Assembly (NCBI GenBank): GCA_040285825.1
Contig: JAUPSS010000011.1
Location: 62,001-126,000 of the forward strand
Length of the DNA stretch: 64,000 nucleotides
Source: Eukaryota sp. TZLM1-RC
Lineage: Eukaryota; Protista; Metamonada: BaSk clade
Reading direction: 5' to 3'
The notes beneath the pieces were generated by a model, which searched no databases, was not told where the DNA came from, and worked only from the letters and a program-made list of their open reading frames with translations. The position numbers and the translations under genes were made by a program. This document shows, piece after piece, positions 13,101 to 21,133 of this stretch. Within the stretch, counting starts at the first letter, position 1. Every line of letters starts with the position of its first letter.

Positions 13101-16100
13101 GGTATAGAAGGGTCTTAGCGTCATAACAGATAAGCGGGATTGGGACAAAGGGGATAACGGCTTGTGAAACATTGATTTTGTCTATAATCGGTGATACTGG
13201 TTCCTTGATATGGGTAAGCATGGTGTCAGGGTTACTGTTTCCTACTTCAGTATAATATTTATCATCAACAACTTCACAGAAACGTACCTCACCAGGGCAA
13301 TAGTGGAAACCACGTCCGGCTTGACATGGACAAGGCAAGGATCGACTATCTGGGTTATAATATGAAGCCATTTCTAAGTAGGAAGCGGTTCTGAGTCCAG
13401 CTGGGAGTCCTCTGGAGCGTTCTTCTGGGTCATAACTAGCTATTTGGTGGAAAGGGATCTTCCCGTCTTCGATAGAGATCAAGGAGTTTACCTTCGCACT
13501 TGCTTTAGCACTTCTGGTCTTCGTTTTGTTCTTTTCAGGTTTTTCTTCTTTCTTAGGGAGTGACCGCGATAAATAATCAGCCCAATGATTATTTGCTCCA
13601 TCTATGTGTACACAATCAAATGAGAAGGACTGCAATACAGGGATCCAGCGGAGCACCACACGGTTGGAGTCAGGGCAAGAGAGCAGGTAGGACAAATTCT
13701 TGTGATCGCAAAACAATGTGAGGTGCTTAGTTTGCAAGAATGATGACAGGTTCGGCTGGTTCAAGGTCATTACAATGGCAAATAATTCTTTTTGCATGGT
13801 AGACCATCGTTGCTGGGCGGGGGTTAGGATCCTTGAGTAGAAGGATATAGGGGCTACGTGACGTTTGGACAAACAGGTTCCTGGTTCAGAGGGAGATAGT
13901 TCTTTCCAAATAATACCGGCTATGCCTTTCTCAGAGGCATCGGTGGACACTAAAATGTTAGAGTCAGTATCAGGGAGTTCTAGAGGAGTACTTTCGATAA
14001 TCATCTTCATTATATTTCTGAAACTTCTTTTCTGCATATCATTAAGGGAAATTCTCTTGGGGTTACCTTTCATTAGTTCGGTTAGCGGTGCAAGTTCAGT
14101 ACTAACGGAGGGAAGCCAGTCTCGGATAAAATTAATGGTTCCGATAAACGAGCGGAGTTCGGGAACAGTTGATGGAATTGGGATCTTCTTAATAGTTTCA
14201 ATTCGGGACGGACAGATTCGACGGGTACCTTTCTCAAAGATGGTACCTAAGACACGGATGGGAAACTCTTTGGTCTGAAAAGCACATTTGTGCAAACCAA
14301 TTCTTACTCGGTATTCGCGAGCTCTTGCAAATATATAGTCAATTCTTCTAAGGAAATCTTCTTTCTTGACGGCAGATACAATGATATCATCTAAATAAAT
14401 GAAAACTCCTTCGCAGTTGAAAATCTCTTTCATCAGATTCTGGAAAATAGCTGGCACATTCTTTAGGCCAAAAGAGGCTCGGGTAAACATAATCTTTCGG
14501 CCAGGGATAACTACAGCGGTCTTTGGTTGGTCATCAGGATGTAAATTTAATTGCCAAAATGCTTTCGGTAAATCTAAGGTGGCAATATATTCTGAGGATG
14601 AAAGGAATTCGCAAATGTCTGTTATGCGGGGCAAATCTGCTGGAATGGGCTTAGTCAGATCGTTGATACCCTTGTGACCAGAATAGTCTCCGGTCAGACG
14701 AGGGGCCTTCCCAGGGGCACAAACTAAGTGGATGGGAGAGGCGAACGGTCCATCATAAGGGACAGCAAATCCATTCTCTAAAAGGGTATCGAACTCTTCG
14801 TGAGCGATCTTCAGCTTGTCTGGAGGGAGGTATCGGGCTTTCTTAGAGACAAGTTCGGTTTCGTCATGGAATTCAAGTCGCATGGGTCGGCACTTGATTC
14901 CCTTGGGGTCTGGCAATTTGGAGAATATATCGGGGTACTTCAGTAATAATCTCTTGATATTTATGGTTAGTTCAGTATCATCCAGGTGGAATGCGGTCTT
15001 CTCTATATCAGGCAAGGTTTCTAACAAATCATCATTCAGTGATTGGACAAATTCAGGGCTCTTGGAATCATCAACGAGGTCTTTTTGAGAAACGATTTCG
15101 GCTGGTTTGGGCAGGAAGCTGTCAGGTATAGCTTCATCTTCTAGGATTTGGAGGTTCCGGTGAGATAAATTAATAAATAGGTAATCTTCGTTCAGTAGGC
15201 CTAATCTCTTCAGAGTATCGCAACCTATAATAAAGTTGTTCTCACAGGGAAGGAGGCAAAGTCTCATATCTATATAAGTAAGGTGAGCAGTTCCTCCAAG
15301 CATAAAGGCGAATCTACCTTTAGCTACTTTGGCTTCTAATTGTTGTCCATCGGCAAGGCTTAGGAATGTGGTTTGGTCAGAGACAGTTAGGTCGGCATTC
15401 TTCACAAGCTTACTTGAAATACAGGAAACACTAGCACCTGTATCAACCATTCCGTACAGTATGTCATTGTTCTTTGTGTAAGCCTTCAGGTGTAATAAGC
15501 TTTTGTCCATGGGCTTATTGAGTTCTTGGTACGTAAAGGAGATTCGGGATCTGTCAGGGTTTACATGGCAAGTTGGGGCAGGAGACGTCACCTTGGCGGC
15601 ATATAACGTGTTTAGCATCTCTGGTTCTGAACTCTGTTGAGAATCTTCAGCGTCAAGATCAACCATAACTTCACCAGGTCGTGATACACAGTCAGCTCCA
15701 ATTAGGGCCATATCAGAATCGAGGTTGGAACTAACTCCATCCAGCGAGAAATCATGGATCGCTTCCCCTTGGGCTTTCCTCTGGTTTGAGAGTTCGGCGT
15801 CTTCATCAGCTTTAGAGTTCTCACTAGGAGTTAGATCAGAGAGGTTCCTTACCTGTATAGCAGAGTAATCTCTCACCTTCCCATTCTGCTCAACGGCTGC
15901 CCGAGATGATTTCAGGTCTTCGTTTCTAGCACAGAAGGCAGAATGCGAAGGTGTAGATAACTGAGCAATAGGGTTTGGGGCAACATACGTTAAATCTTGG
16001 TAGGTTGGGAAATCTTGACCAGGCATTACGAAATCCAAAGATTCAAACAGTTCGTCAAGATCATTTGCTTCAGGGTTAGTATGGAAAGAATGAGAAGAAC

Positions 16101-16662
16101 TAGGTGTGGAATGGGTATCAGATTCAGAGTAGGGAGAGGGGTTTATTTCAGAAAAGGGGTTTAAGGATACGCTATAATTTAGGTCTTCAGAATCGGAAGA
16201 GCTGGAATGTGTTAACATTCTGGGTACGTAAGTAGCTTCCCGCTGGTAGTCTTCTTTCAAACCTTCGGTAATAGATTCTACGATTGAGTTGATAGGCTTG
16301 TTGCTACGAGTCTGGTAGGTTCTTGGAAGGGTAGGGTTATGGGGGTTCTTATAAGGTTTCTTCTTGTTGACCTGGCTCAATTTGCAGTTAGGGTCAGGAC
16401 AATCGCGGACTACATGTCCGGATTTCTTGCAATAGTTACAAATCAGTTCATGAGATTGATTAGATTTTGGAGTACGAGTTCGAGGTTGAGTTGATCTAGA
16501 ATCAGGTCTAAAAGCCTGAGTTCGGGAACCTCGCTTAGGGGTACTAAATGAGTTTCTGGTAGGTCTGGCTCTTCGTTCTCGGGGATTCTGGTATTTCTGA
16601 GCTAACTTATCTTCGAACAAGTAGGCATTACGAGAGTAAGGACGGTGGTAATCGGGGAGCAA
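10138..16662 (-). CDS. pol: Gag(NC)-Pol polyprotein: zinc knuckle, aspartic protease, RT, RNase H, ~600-aa unknown insert, integrase, chromodomain-like tail
   Basis: CNYCKKSGHVVRDC; VDTGAS; LDLPKAFWQ and YLDDII; TDAS..KELFA..CDHKNL..ADYLSR; HHCC, D..D..E and GPF; VDAILD..ILW..QPE. Confidence 0.95.
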   Translation of the reverse strand: MLPDYHRPYSRNAYLFEDKLAQKYQNPRERRARPTRNSFSTPKRGSRTQAFRPDSRSTQPRTRTPKSNQSHELICNYCKKSGHVVRDCPDPNCKLSQVNKKKPYKNPHNPTLPRTYQTRSNKPINSIVESITEGLKEDYQREATYVPRMLTHSSSSDSEDLNYSVSLNPFSEINPSPYSESDTHSTPSSSHSFHTNPEANDLDELFESLDFVMPGQDFPTYQDLTYVAPNPIAQLSTPSHSAFCARNEDLKSSRAAVEQNGKVRDYSAIQVRNLSDLTPSENSKADEDAELSNQRKAQGEAIHDFSLDGVSSNLDSDMALIGADCVSRPGEVMVDLDAEDSQQSSEPEMLNTLYAAKVTSPAPTCHVNPDRSRISFTYQELNKPMDKSLLHLKAYTKNNDILYGMVDTGASVSCISSKLVKNADLTVSDQTTFLSLADGQQLEAKVAKGRFAFMLGGTAHLTYIDMRLCLLPCENNFIIGCDTLKRLGLLNEDYLFINLSHRNLQILEDEAIPDSFLPKPAEIVSQKDLVDDSKSPEFVQSLNDDLLETLPDIEKTAFHLDDTELTINIKRLLLKYPDIFSKLPDPKGIKCRPMRLEFHDETELVSKKARYLPPDKLKIAHEEFDTLLENGFAVPYDGPFASPIHLVCAPGKAPRLTGDYSGHKGINDLTKPIPADLPRITDICEFLSSSEYIATLDLPKAFWQLNLHPDDQPKTAVVIPGRKIMFTRASFGLKNVPAIFQNLMKEIFNCEGVFIYLDDIIVSAVKKEDFLRRIDYIFARAREYRVRIGLHKCAFQTKEFPIRVLGTIFEKGTRRICPSRIETIKKIPIPSTVPELRSFIGTINFIRDWLPSVSTELAPLTELMKGNPKRISLNDMQKRSFRNIMKMIIESTPLELPDTDSNILVSTDASEKGIAGIIWKELSPSEPGTCLSKRHVAPISFYSRILTPAQQRWSTMQKELFAIVMTLNQPNLSSFLQTKHLTLFCDHKNLSYLLSCPDSNRVVLRWIPVLQSFSFDCVHIDGANNHWADYLSRSLPKKEEKPEKNKTKTRSAKASAKVNSLISIEDGKIPFHQIASYDPEERSRGLPAGLRTASYLEMASYYNPDSRSLPCPCQAGRGFHYCPGEVRFCEVVDDKYYTEVGNSNPDTMLTHIKEPVSPIIDKINVSQAVIPFVPIPLICYDAKTLLYPPNLIFPFSPIETFFNLYAIDTPPSWYSLNHRDPRRLLTATSLRSESDPFAILNSPKHFSLLDCRDIDNIQNGSSPYHFILSTDICFIYQHVFPLSKSKDPYASVAHMYPDTPIHPKIHNRSIPIADIIQHGNWNKSLYFYDPTLPARSYLPEMIPPNAFFIKLNCSPACVTLGQLINNIDPLHLAPLPLEMIPYTPDRASDISFNLETLFVNDELYKLTENDILTLPINEFLRFGILNPSQRSPIPLSRYSLQFYDEICEEVLYSPFLSSRSWSDSDIEHELEMQDLIGDDNAGSSIPCYIPPPISGAAVNSHRPLQLYNISSEFIPDYLMYPLFVYFYHYCDDSNACPHPVVTYQYSYEEVENSSIPKQLLTLVPRNFHLSSKLNSCNTCPHVESIHRSLLDELSLANYIRTTKPLDTIPYNFKIAFYDKELQAVVLPRQLPDGTYSKEMYSLFPFPDPDQSIEPVCSIVNVTTRSQVPREKTEEDTQEVDPGPNSSEATSSDFIPQNPVHSPAEAFLRKIFHEQQKLPDDDELFFNCTFNEKTGLKMTPSKKILIPRSIVPEILNHVHGSTEAGHPSISNSWRTLKKSDFYWPTMKADLELHVRSCIPCQKNTEVPKTQISASGSLSRSRRPFEYLHCDTIGPFQFDSRQNKYVLHFVDAFTKFSILTPVPDIKAITVADSILTHVYAIFGAPKSIHSDNGTEFCNAVFASLCQLLNITHTTSIPHFHQSNGLVERQHRVILQNLRKILLDFADYENWSDYLPFCQMIANSYHRKSLNASPYELMFGSDVSPRLLPSEVLQALSPKPDNLDVPEYMLFLANLSAQVQDKWNAVPTPDLPDIDPPEPTYKPKVGSRVFILRETPSKLHGHYVGPFIVKEILTRSSLVVQNPVTRTQLKTSIHLLKPCLSSLPDNILNAYVAADAGELLVDAILDVSNGQATILWSDGTQTIQPEVTVKNTTAYHRFMKMMSLDKPRRRGKRRKKR
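10141..10170 (-). other. Polypurine tract (PPT) inside the pol C-terminus
   Basis: 30 consecutive purines AGAAGAAGAGGAAAAAGAAGAAAGAAGAGG, then TAG, then the 3' LTR. Confidence 0.85.
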
Positions 16663-16667
16663 CTCTT

Positions 16668-17468
16668 TTAATCGGGAAATAACTTCAGGGATGGAGGTAA
16701 GAGACCATCTTCGGCTTCGGTCTTCAGTAATCTCTTCAGGGATTCCGGGCGTATTCCACTTAGGTATCTTCTTGATAGGGCTTCTTCTTTCTGGAGGGAA
16801 GGTACTTTGCGAGCTACCTTCATGAAATCTCGGGTATATCGGGTGATGGCTTCATCAGCATCACGGCAATTCAGGGGCAAGGATACACGGTTAAACATCT
16901 GGTACGATTTAGCGGTATCTTTGACGCGCGTACAGGACAACAGGTATTTCAGAATCTTCTTTGGCTTCTTAGGAGAGATCTGGTGGATTACTAGGAAAGT
17001 ATCCAAAACTTCAGGGGCAATACATCTAGGAATGTAAGGCAATAACAAGGACTCGAGGTCATCAGGGTCTTGAGCTCCTACAAGACATAACGGGTTGGGT
17101 TTCTCTTCATCAGAAACGTCGGAGTTATCAGAGTACAGGAGAGGAACTTCTTCTTCTTCCTCTTGGTCAACAGGGCTATCTTCAGCCAAAGCTTCATGGA
17201 GATTGAAACGGATCTCTTCAGGGTTGACTTCTTCTTCAGCTTCCTCAGCTGGTTCAGGGGCGGGATTTCGGGAACTTCTTCTAGAGTTCTGGGAATTAGT
17301 GGGAGCGGGTTCAGGTCTCATTAAGGACATACGGACGGCAAAGTCTCGCAACTCGTCAACGAAGCGCGAGCAAGAGGAGCGGTCAGCACTTCGGAGAATT
17401 GGGGCAACTCGGCCAGGATTACTCGTTTGGGCCACAGTAATTACTGTTGGGTTAGTATGGAGATGCAT
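16668..17468 (-). CDS. gag: Gag (capsid portion); continues in the -1 frame into the NC-Pol ORF
   Basis: ORF directly after the 5' LTR; helical capsid-like segment (AITRYTRDF..RRYLSGIRPESL); ATG lies within the LTR. Confidence 0.8.
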   Translation of the reverse strand: MHLHTNPTVITVAQTSNPGRVAPILRSADRSSCSRFVDELRDFAVRMSLMRPEPAPTNSQNSRRSSRNPAPEPAEEAEEEVNPEEIRFNLHEALAEDSPVDQEEEEEVPLLYSDNSDVSDEEKPNPLCLVGAQDPDDLESLLLPYIPRCIAPEVLDTFLVIHQISPKKPKKILKYLLSCTRVKDTAKSYQMFNRVSLPLNCRDADEAITRYTRDFMKVARKVPSLQKEEALSRRYLSGIRPESLKRLLKTEAEDGLLPPSLKLFPD

Positions 17469-17632
17469 CGAGGTAATAATAAACAGGAAAACGGGGTGTT
17501 TATTAGAAAGGTGGGAATAATCAGGAGAATTTGAACAAGAGTCTAGATAAATAAGTGATGACGTGGCATCACGTGATACTGTAACTACTAATACACAAAT
17601 ATAACTATAACCTATATTGGCATAAGCCTACA
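17445..17632 (-). repeat. 5' LTR (188 bp)
   Basis: Identical to 9950-10137. Confidence 0.97.
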
Positions 17633-17824
17633 TATTGTTGAATATTCCAAAAGTTCAAAGTACACAGTAAGATTCCTGTGGGAAGTATTTGGTCTTAGTG
17701 AGAGTAATTTGGTTACAACTTGAGTAGTATTGGAATATAAAATTGGTTTCAGGGAGAACTTCAAAGAACAACTTTATCAAGGGATTTTTTTGAATTTAAT
17801 TTATTCCAACGAAAAAATCATCAT

Positions 17825-19310
17825 AAGATATGTGCAAAATTTTCGATATAGAGGCATTTATTGAACCGTCAGTACGTAAGCTATCTCCAGATCAAACTGA
17901 CGATTCCTTTGGTAAAAGAAGGGCAGATGTAGTAGCTCCAGGGGCCGACGGTGTTCTCAACGTTGTGGATGTTGTCTCAGTCGATGTGTGTACAAATTCT
18001 GCTGCTCGTTTGGTGTATTCTGCTGATTCGGCACTATCTAACGCCGAAAAAATGAAAATAAGAAAATGTGAAGCATCATTGGCACAAATAAGTAGAGTCG
18101 AACATTTGAAATATCAGTTTATACCGTTTGAAATTTTTCTTTTTGCTAATATTGGGTCTTCAGGATTACACTTTTTTGAAAATCTTTTTACACATGAATT
18201 TTATTCAACAACAAATATGAAAACATAAAATACACAATTAAAAGTCCACATCCTCAAAACCTGCCTCCCCTAAATCAAAACAAATAATTGCCAAAGATTC
18301 AGAAAATTTCCCAAAAGAAGATAGTGAATCAGAAATCAGTTTTACCATTCCCTTAAAAATAGAAAATACAATCCTGTTTTGCCAGTAAACACAATTGAAA
18401 ATTCTTCCAGTTCTTTCCTTTACAACTACAACAAAATCCTCAAGGAAAGCCATGGCAGACTTACCCAAAGATCCAAGCAAAGGAAAATCAAAGGGACATA
18501 AATTATATTGACCATGAGAATTTTCATTAATCGAGGAAATGGGTTTCGCATATTTAGCAATTTTATATTTTTCGCCTGCAAGAAGGGGATTATTTACATC
18601 CGAGTTAATGAGATGTTCGTTAGAGGAATTACAAGGGTCAATAGACATGGCGTCTAAAATAGTAAAACTACCATTTAAACCGGGAATAACTAGATCACCT
18701 CTTGTCAGACCCATAGAAGTTCTGTTGTAGCACGTGCTATCAATATTGGGGTCAGCAAGAATTAATTTTGATAGCAAAGGCTTTAAAAAGGAATCTACTC
18801 GATATGATTTACACATAACATAAATTTGGTCCCTGACATTATTAAGCACTTTGCTTCTAAATGTAATGAAATGTTTACAGTTCAAAAGATGAGTAAACAA
18901 AAGAGGTTTACCACATTTACATGTTAAATGATTGGGCAAATTGTTCGGCCACAGAAAACAACGAAAGCGCATGTTTAAAAGCCATTCAATGTTTTTTAAC
19001 AAAAGTCCATAAACAAAAAAATTACCGAAAGCGGTATTTTTAGTTTTGGCCTAGCTAAGTCTTACTTCATAATCCAAGCCTTTGAAAATCTCAAGACAGT
19101 TTTGCAAAATAGATCTCGTAACAAATTGGATTCCACTTTCTGGTTGAATAGAATTGTTTTTTGCATTTTCAAGTCTATTCCAACAATGAATTCTAAAGCT
19201 CTTTTAGCTATTGGTATAGAATATGATCGAAATACTGTGAATAGGTTTAGTAATAGTGATTTTTGTTTAGAGGCTATTGAATATTAGACAGTATTTTAGT
19301 TCAATAAAAA
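17825..19310 (+). mobile_element. 3' part of CRE family C (RLE domain), split by a family A insertion
   Basis: RRADVVAPG..DVVSVD..AEKMKIRK continues after 19081 as FWLNRIVF; related to 49860-50421. Confidence 0.8.
18186..19080 (-). mobile_element. 5'-truncated CRE family A copy with 11-bp TSD
   Basis: ORF 18238-19002 (RLE domain); TSD TTTGAAAATCT at 18175-18185 and 19081-19091. Confidence 0.88.
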
Positions 19311-19421
19311 TATAGTTCACAAAGATCATTAAGGGAAGTTTACTTTACAGAATCATACATCATCATAAATATCCAGCAATCTCATCAGGTTACTGCTATT
19401 TGACATTTCTGCTATTGGTTG

Positions 19422-20585
19422 ATGTCAACATATCCCTCGTCTGAACTTCTACGACGTAAACGCCTTCAAAGGGAACACGACTTGGCTCAATTTGTTCAAA
19501 CTGAGCAGGCCATCCTTATACACGGCAGTCCTCAACCTATAAAATCTACTCCTTGCTCAGTTATAATACAAACAGATCTTCCAAAGTCCAAATCGACACA
19601 CCAATCCACACAGACTACTCCATCTACACAATCCAAACCAACCAAACCACGAGCACCCTCTCCTTGCAAATGTGGCTTTTCCAACCGTGTTTTTTCCCTC
19701 GAAAAGGAAAAAAGTCAATTAGCCCAAGAACTTGATAACTTTAAATCTCGTTCCCAAGCAGCTGAAACAGAAGTATCATCCTTGAAGGCAACTATATCAC
19801 GACTACGACGAAGAATCACAATCCTTGAGGACGAAAGAAATGACCTAAAGGACACAATCGCTTCAAACGTACTCTCCGCACCGACTGTTGCTCTAACGCC
19901 TTCTACTCTCCCGTCTTCGTCAACACAGCTGTCCTCACAAGAGGAAGTCCTCACCTTTCCCGAAGATGATGATCTTGATGGTTACAAGATACGTCACGAA
20001 CCCTACGACTTTGAAGTTCTTACAGAAGAACGCAATTACGGTGAAAAGGTCGAGAAACTATACAACTCTGGGCGCAGAGTTTCAATCTTTACTAATGGAA
20101 CAATTAAAGAGGTGCTCCCCAGTGGAACTTGTACTATATTATTTAAGAACAAGGATGTAAAAAGGACTTTTTCTGATGGCAAAGTTATTTATAAGTACAC
20201 TGATGTAGGAACAATACACACTACAATGGCCGATGGTGTCCAGATCTATGAGTTTGCAAATGGACAGAAGGAAATACACACAGCTGATCAGAAAGAGATC
20301 CTGTTTGCAGATGGTACTGTTAAGGTGGTCAAGTCAAATGGTGAGGAAGAATCCACTTTCCCTGATGGGACGGTACAAACAGTGGATAGTAGAGGTCGTA
20401 GAAGCATTCTTTTTACAAATGGACAAAAGGAGATTCATGATCCAACGGGGAGGAAGCAACGTGTTTATCCTGATGGTACCATAAAGAAAGTTGACGTAGA
20501 TGGCTCCATCACTACTGAATATCCTAACGGAAGAATTAAGGTTAAAGATTGTCATGGTCGTCTGATTTCAGATTCTTTGGGCTAG
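19422..20585 (+). CDS. TCP10-domain centriolar protein (SAS-4/CPAP/CENPJ-like)
   Basis: Coiled coil followed by Gly-box repeats (F.NG..KE..P.G, FPDGT, YPDGT); start uncertain. Confidence 0.8.
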   Translation: MSTYPSSELLRRKRLQREHDLAQFVQTEQAILIHGSPQPIKSTPCSVIIQTDLPKSKSTHQSTQTTPSTQSKPTKPRAPSPCKCGFSNRVFSLEKEKSQLAQELDNFKSRSQAAETEVSSLKATISRLRRRITILEDERNDLKDTIASNVLSAPTVALTPSTLPSSSTQLSSQEEVLTFPEDDDLDGYKIRHEPYDFEVLTEERNYGEKVEKLYNSGRRVSIFTNGTIKEVLPSGTCTILFKNKDVKRTFSDGKVIYKYTDVGTIHTTMADGVQIYEFANGQKEIHTADQKEILFADGTVKVVKSNGEEESTFPDGTVQTVDSRGRRSILFTNGQKEIHDPTGRKQRVYPDGTIKKVDVDGSITTEYPNGRIKVKDCHGRLISDSLG

Positions 20586-20994
20586 GGTTTGGGTTGCTGC
20601 TTGATGTGTATTTTAGTTAGTTTTGGAATAATTTTTAATTAATTGTTTTAAGTGTATCATGTTTTTTATTATTTGTTCGATAAATTTTGCTTTATTTTCA
20701 ATATTGAAATACCTCTAGTGCCAAAGACCTCTGTCAAAACCAGTATTTTAACCCGCATTTTAGTTTTACACAGCAGCAATCAATTTTTACTGATTCTGGA
20801 AGGTAACTGTAATTCTGGAATTTTAGCTGATTAATTGTGTAATGGAGTACTGTGATTTTCACTTATCACCACATTATGACGCATTCCCATGTGAAATTCA
20901 CCCCTGTTTTCATCTCTCTCAATGTCTACTCACAGGCTTTAAGAGACATGTAGCGTCATTTGACAAAGACAATCATGATCTTCATCAATGGGCT

Positions 20995-21133
20995 ACCTCA
21001 CTTAAATACACCTACTGCTTTCACAGAACAAAGCCTCGCGACTTGATGTATCTAAGTGGATCTACCAAATGCTACTAAGGCATTTGTAGATCGGTCTCAA
21101 AAGTTTTTGTTTCTGTATGCTCACGTTCCCTAT
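20995..21133 (-). ncRNA. Candidate Fanzor omega-RNA scaffold (FzB)
   Basis: Immediately 3' of the ORF; strong hairpin GATCTAC-AAATGC/GCATTT-G-GTAGATC at 21059-21092, enclosing stem about 21023-21116, TGAAAG-loop hairpin; boundaries inferred. Confidence 0.45.

Larger units (their letters stand above)
9950..17632 (-). mobile_element. Full-length Ty3/Gypsy (chromovirus-like) LTR retrotransposon
   Basis: Two identical 188-bp TG...CA LTRs; 4-bp TSD TATT (9946-9949, 17633-17636); PR-RT-RH-IN order; polypurine tract. Confidence 0.97.

Noticed and set aside
17422-17434. TGGCCCAAACGAG as a tRNA primer-binding site
   Set aside because: It is 10 nt from the LTR end and I cannot match it to a tRNA 3' end; kept only as an alternative to self-priming
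11058-17520. Plus-strand and alternative-frame ORFs within the LTR element
   Set aside because: Short shadows of the gag/pol coding strand with no motifs
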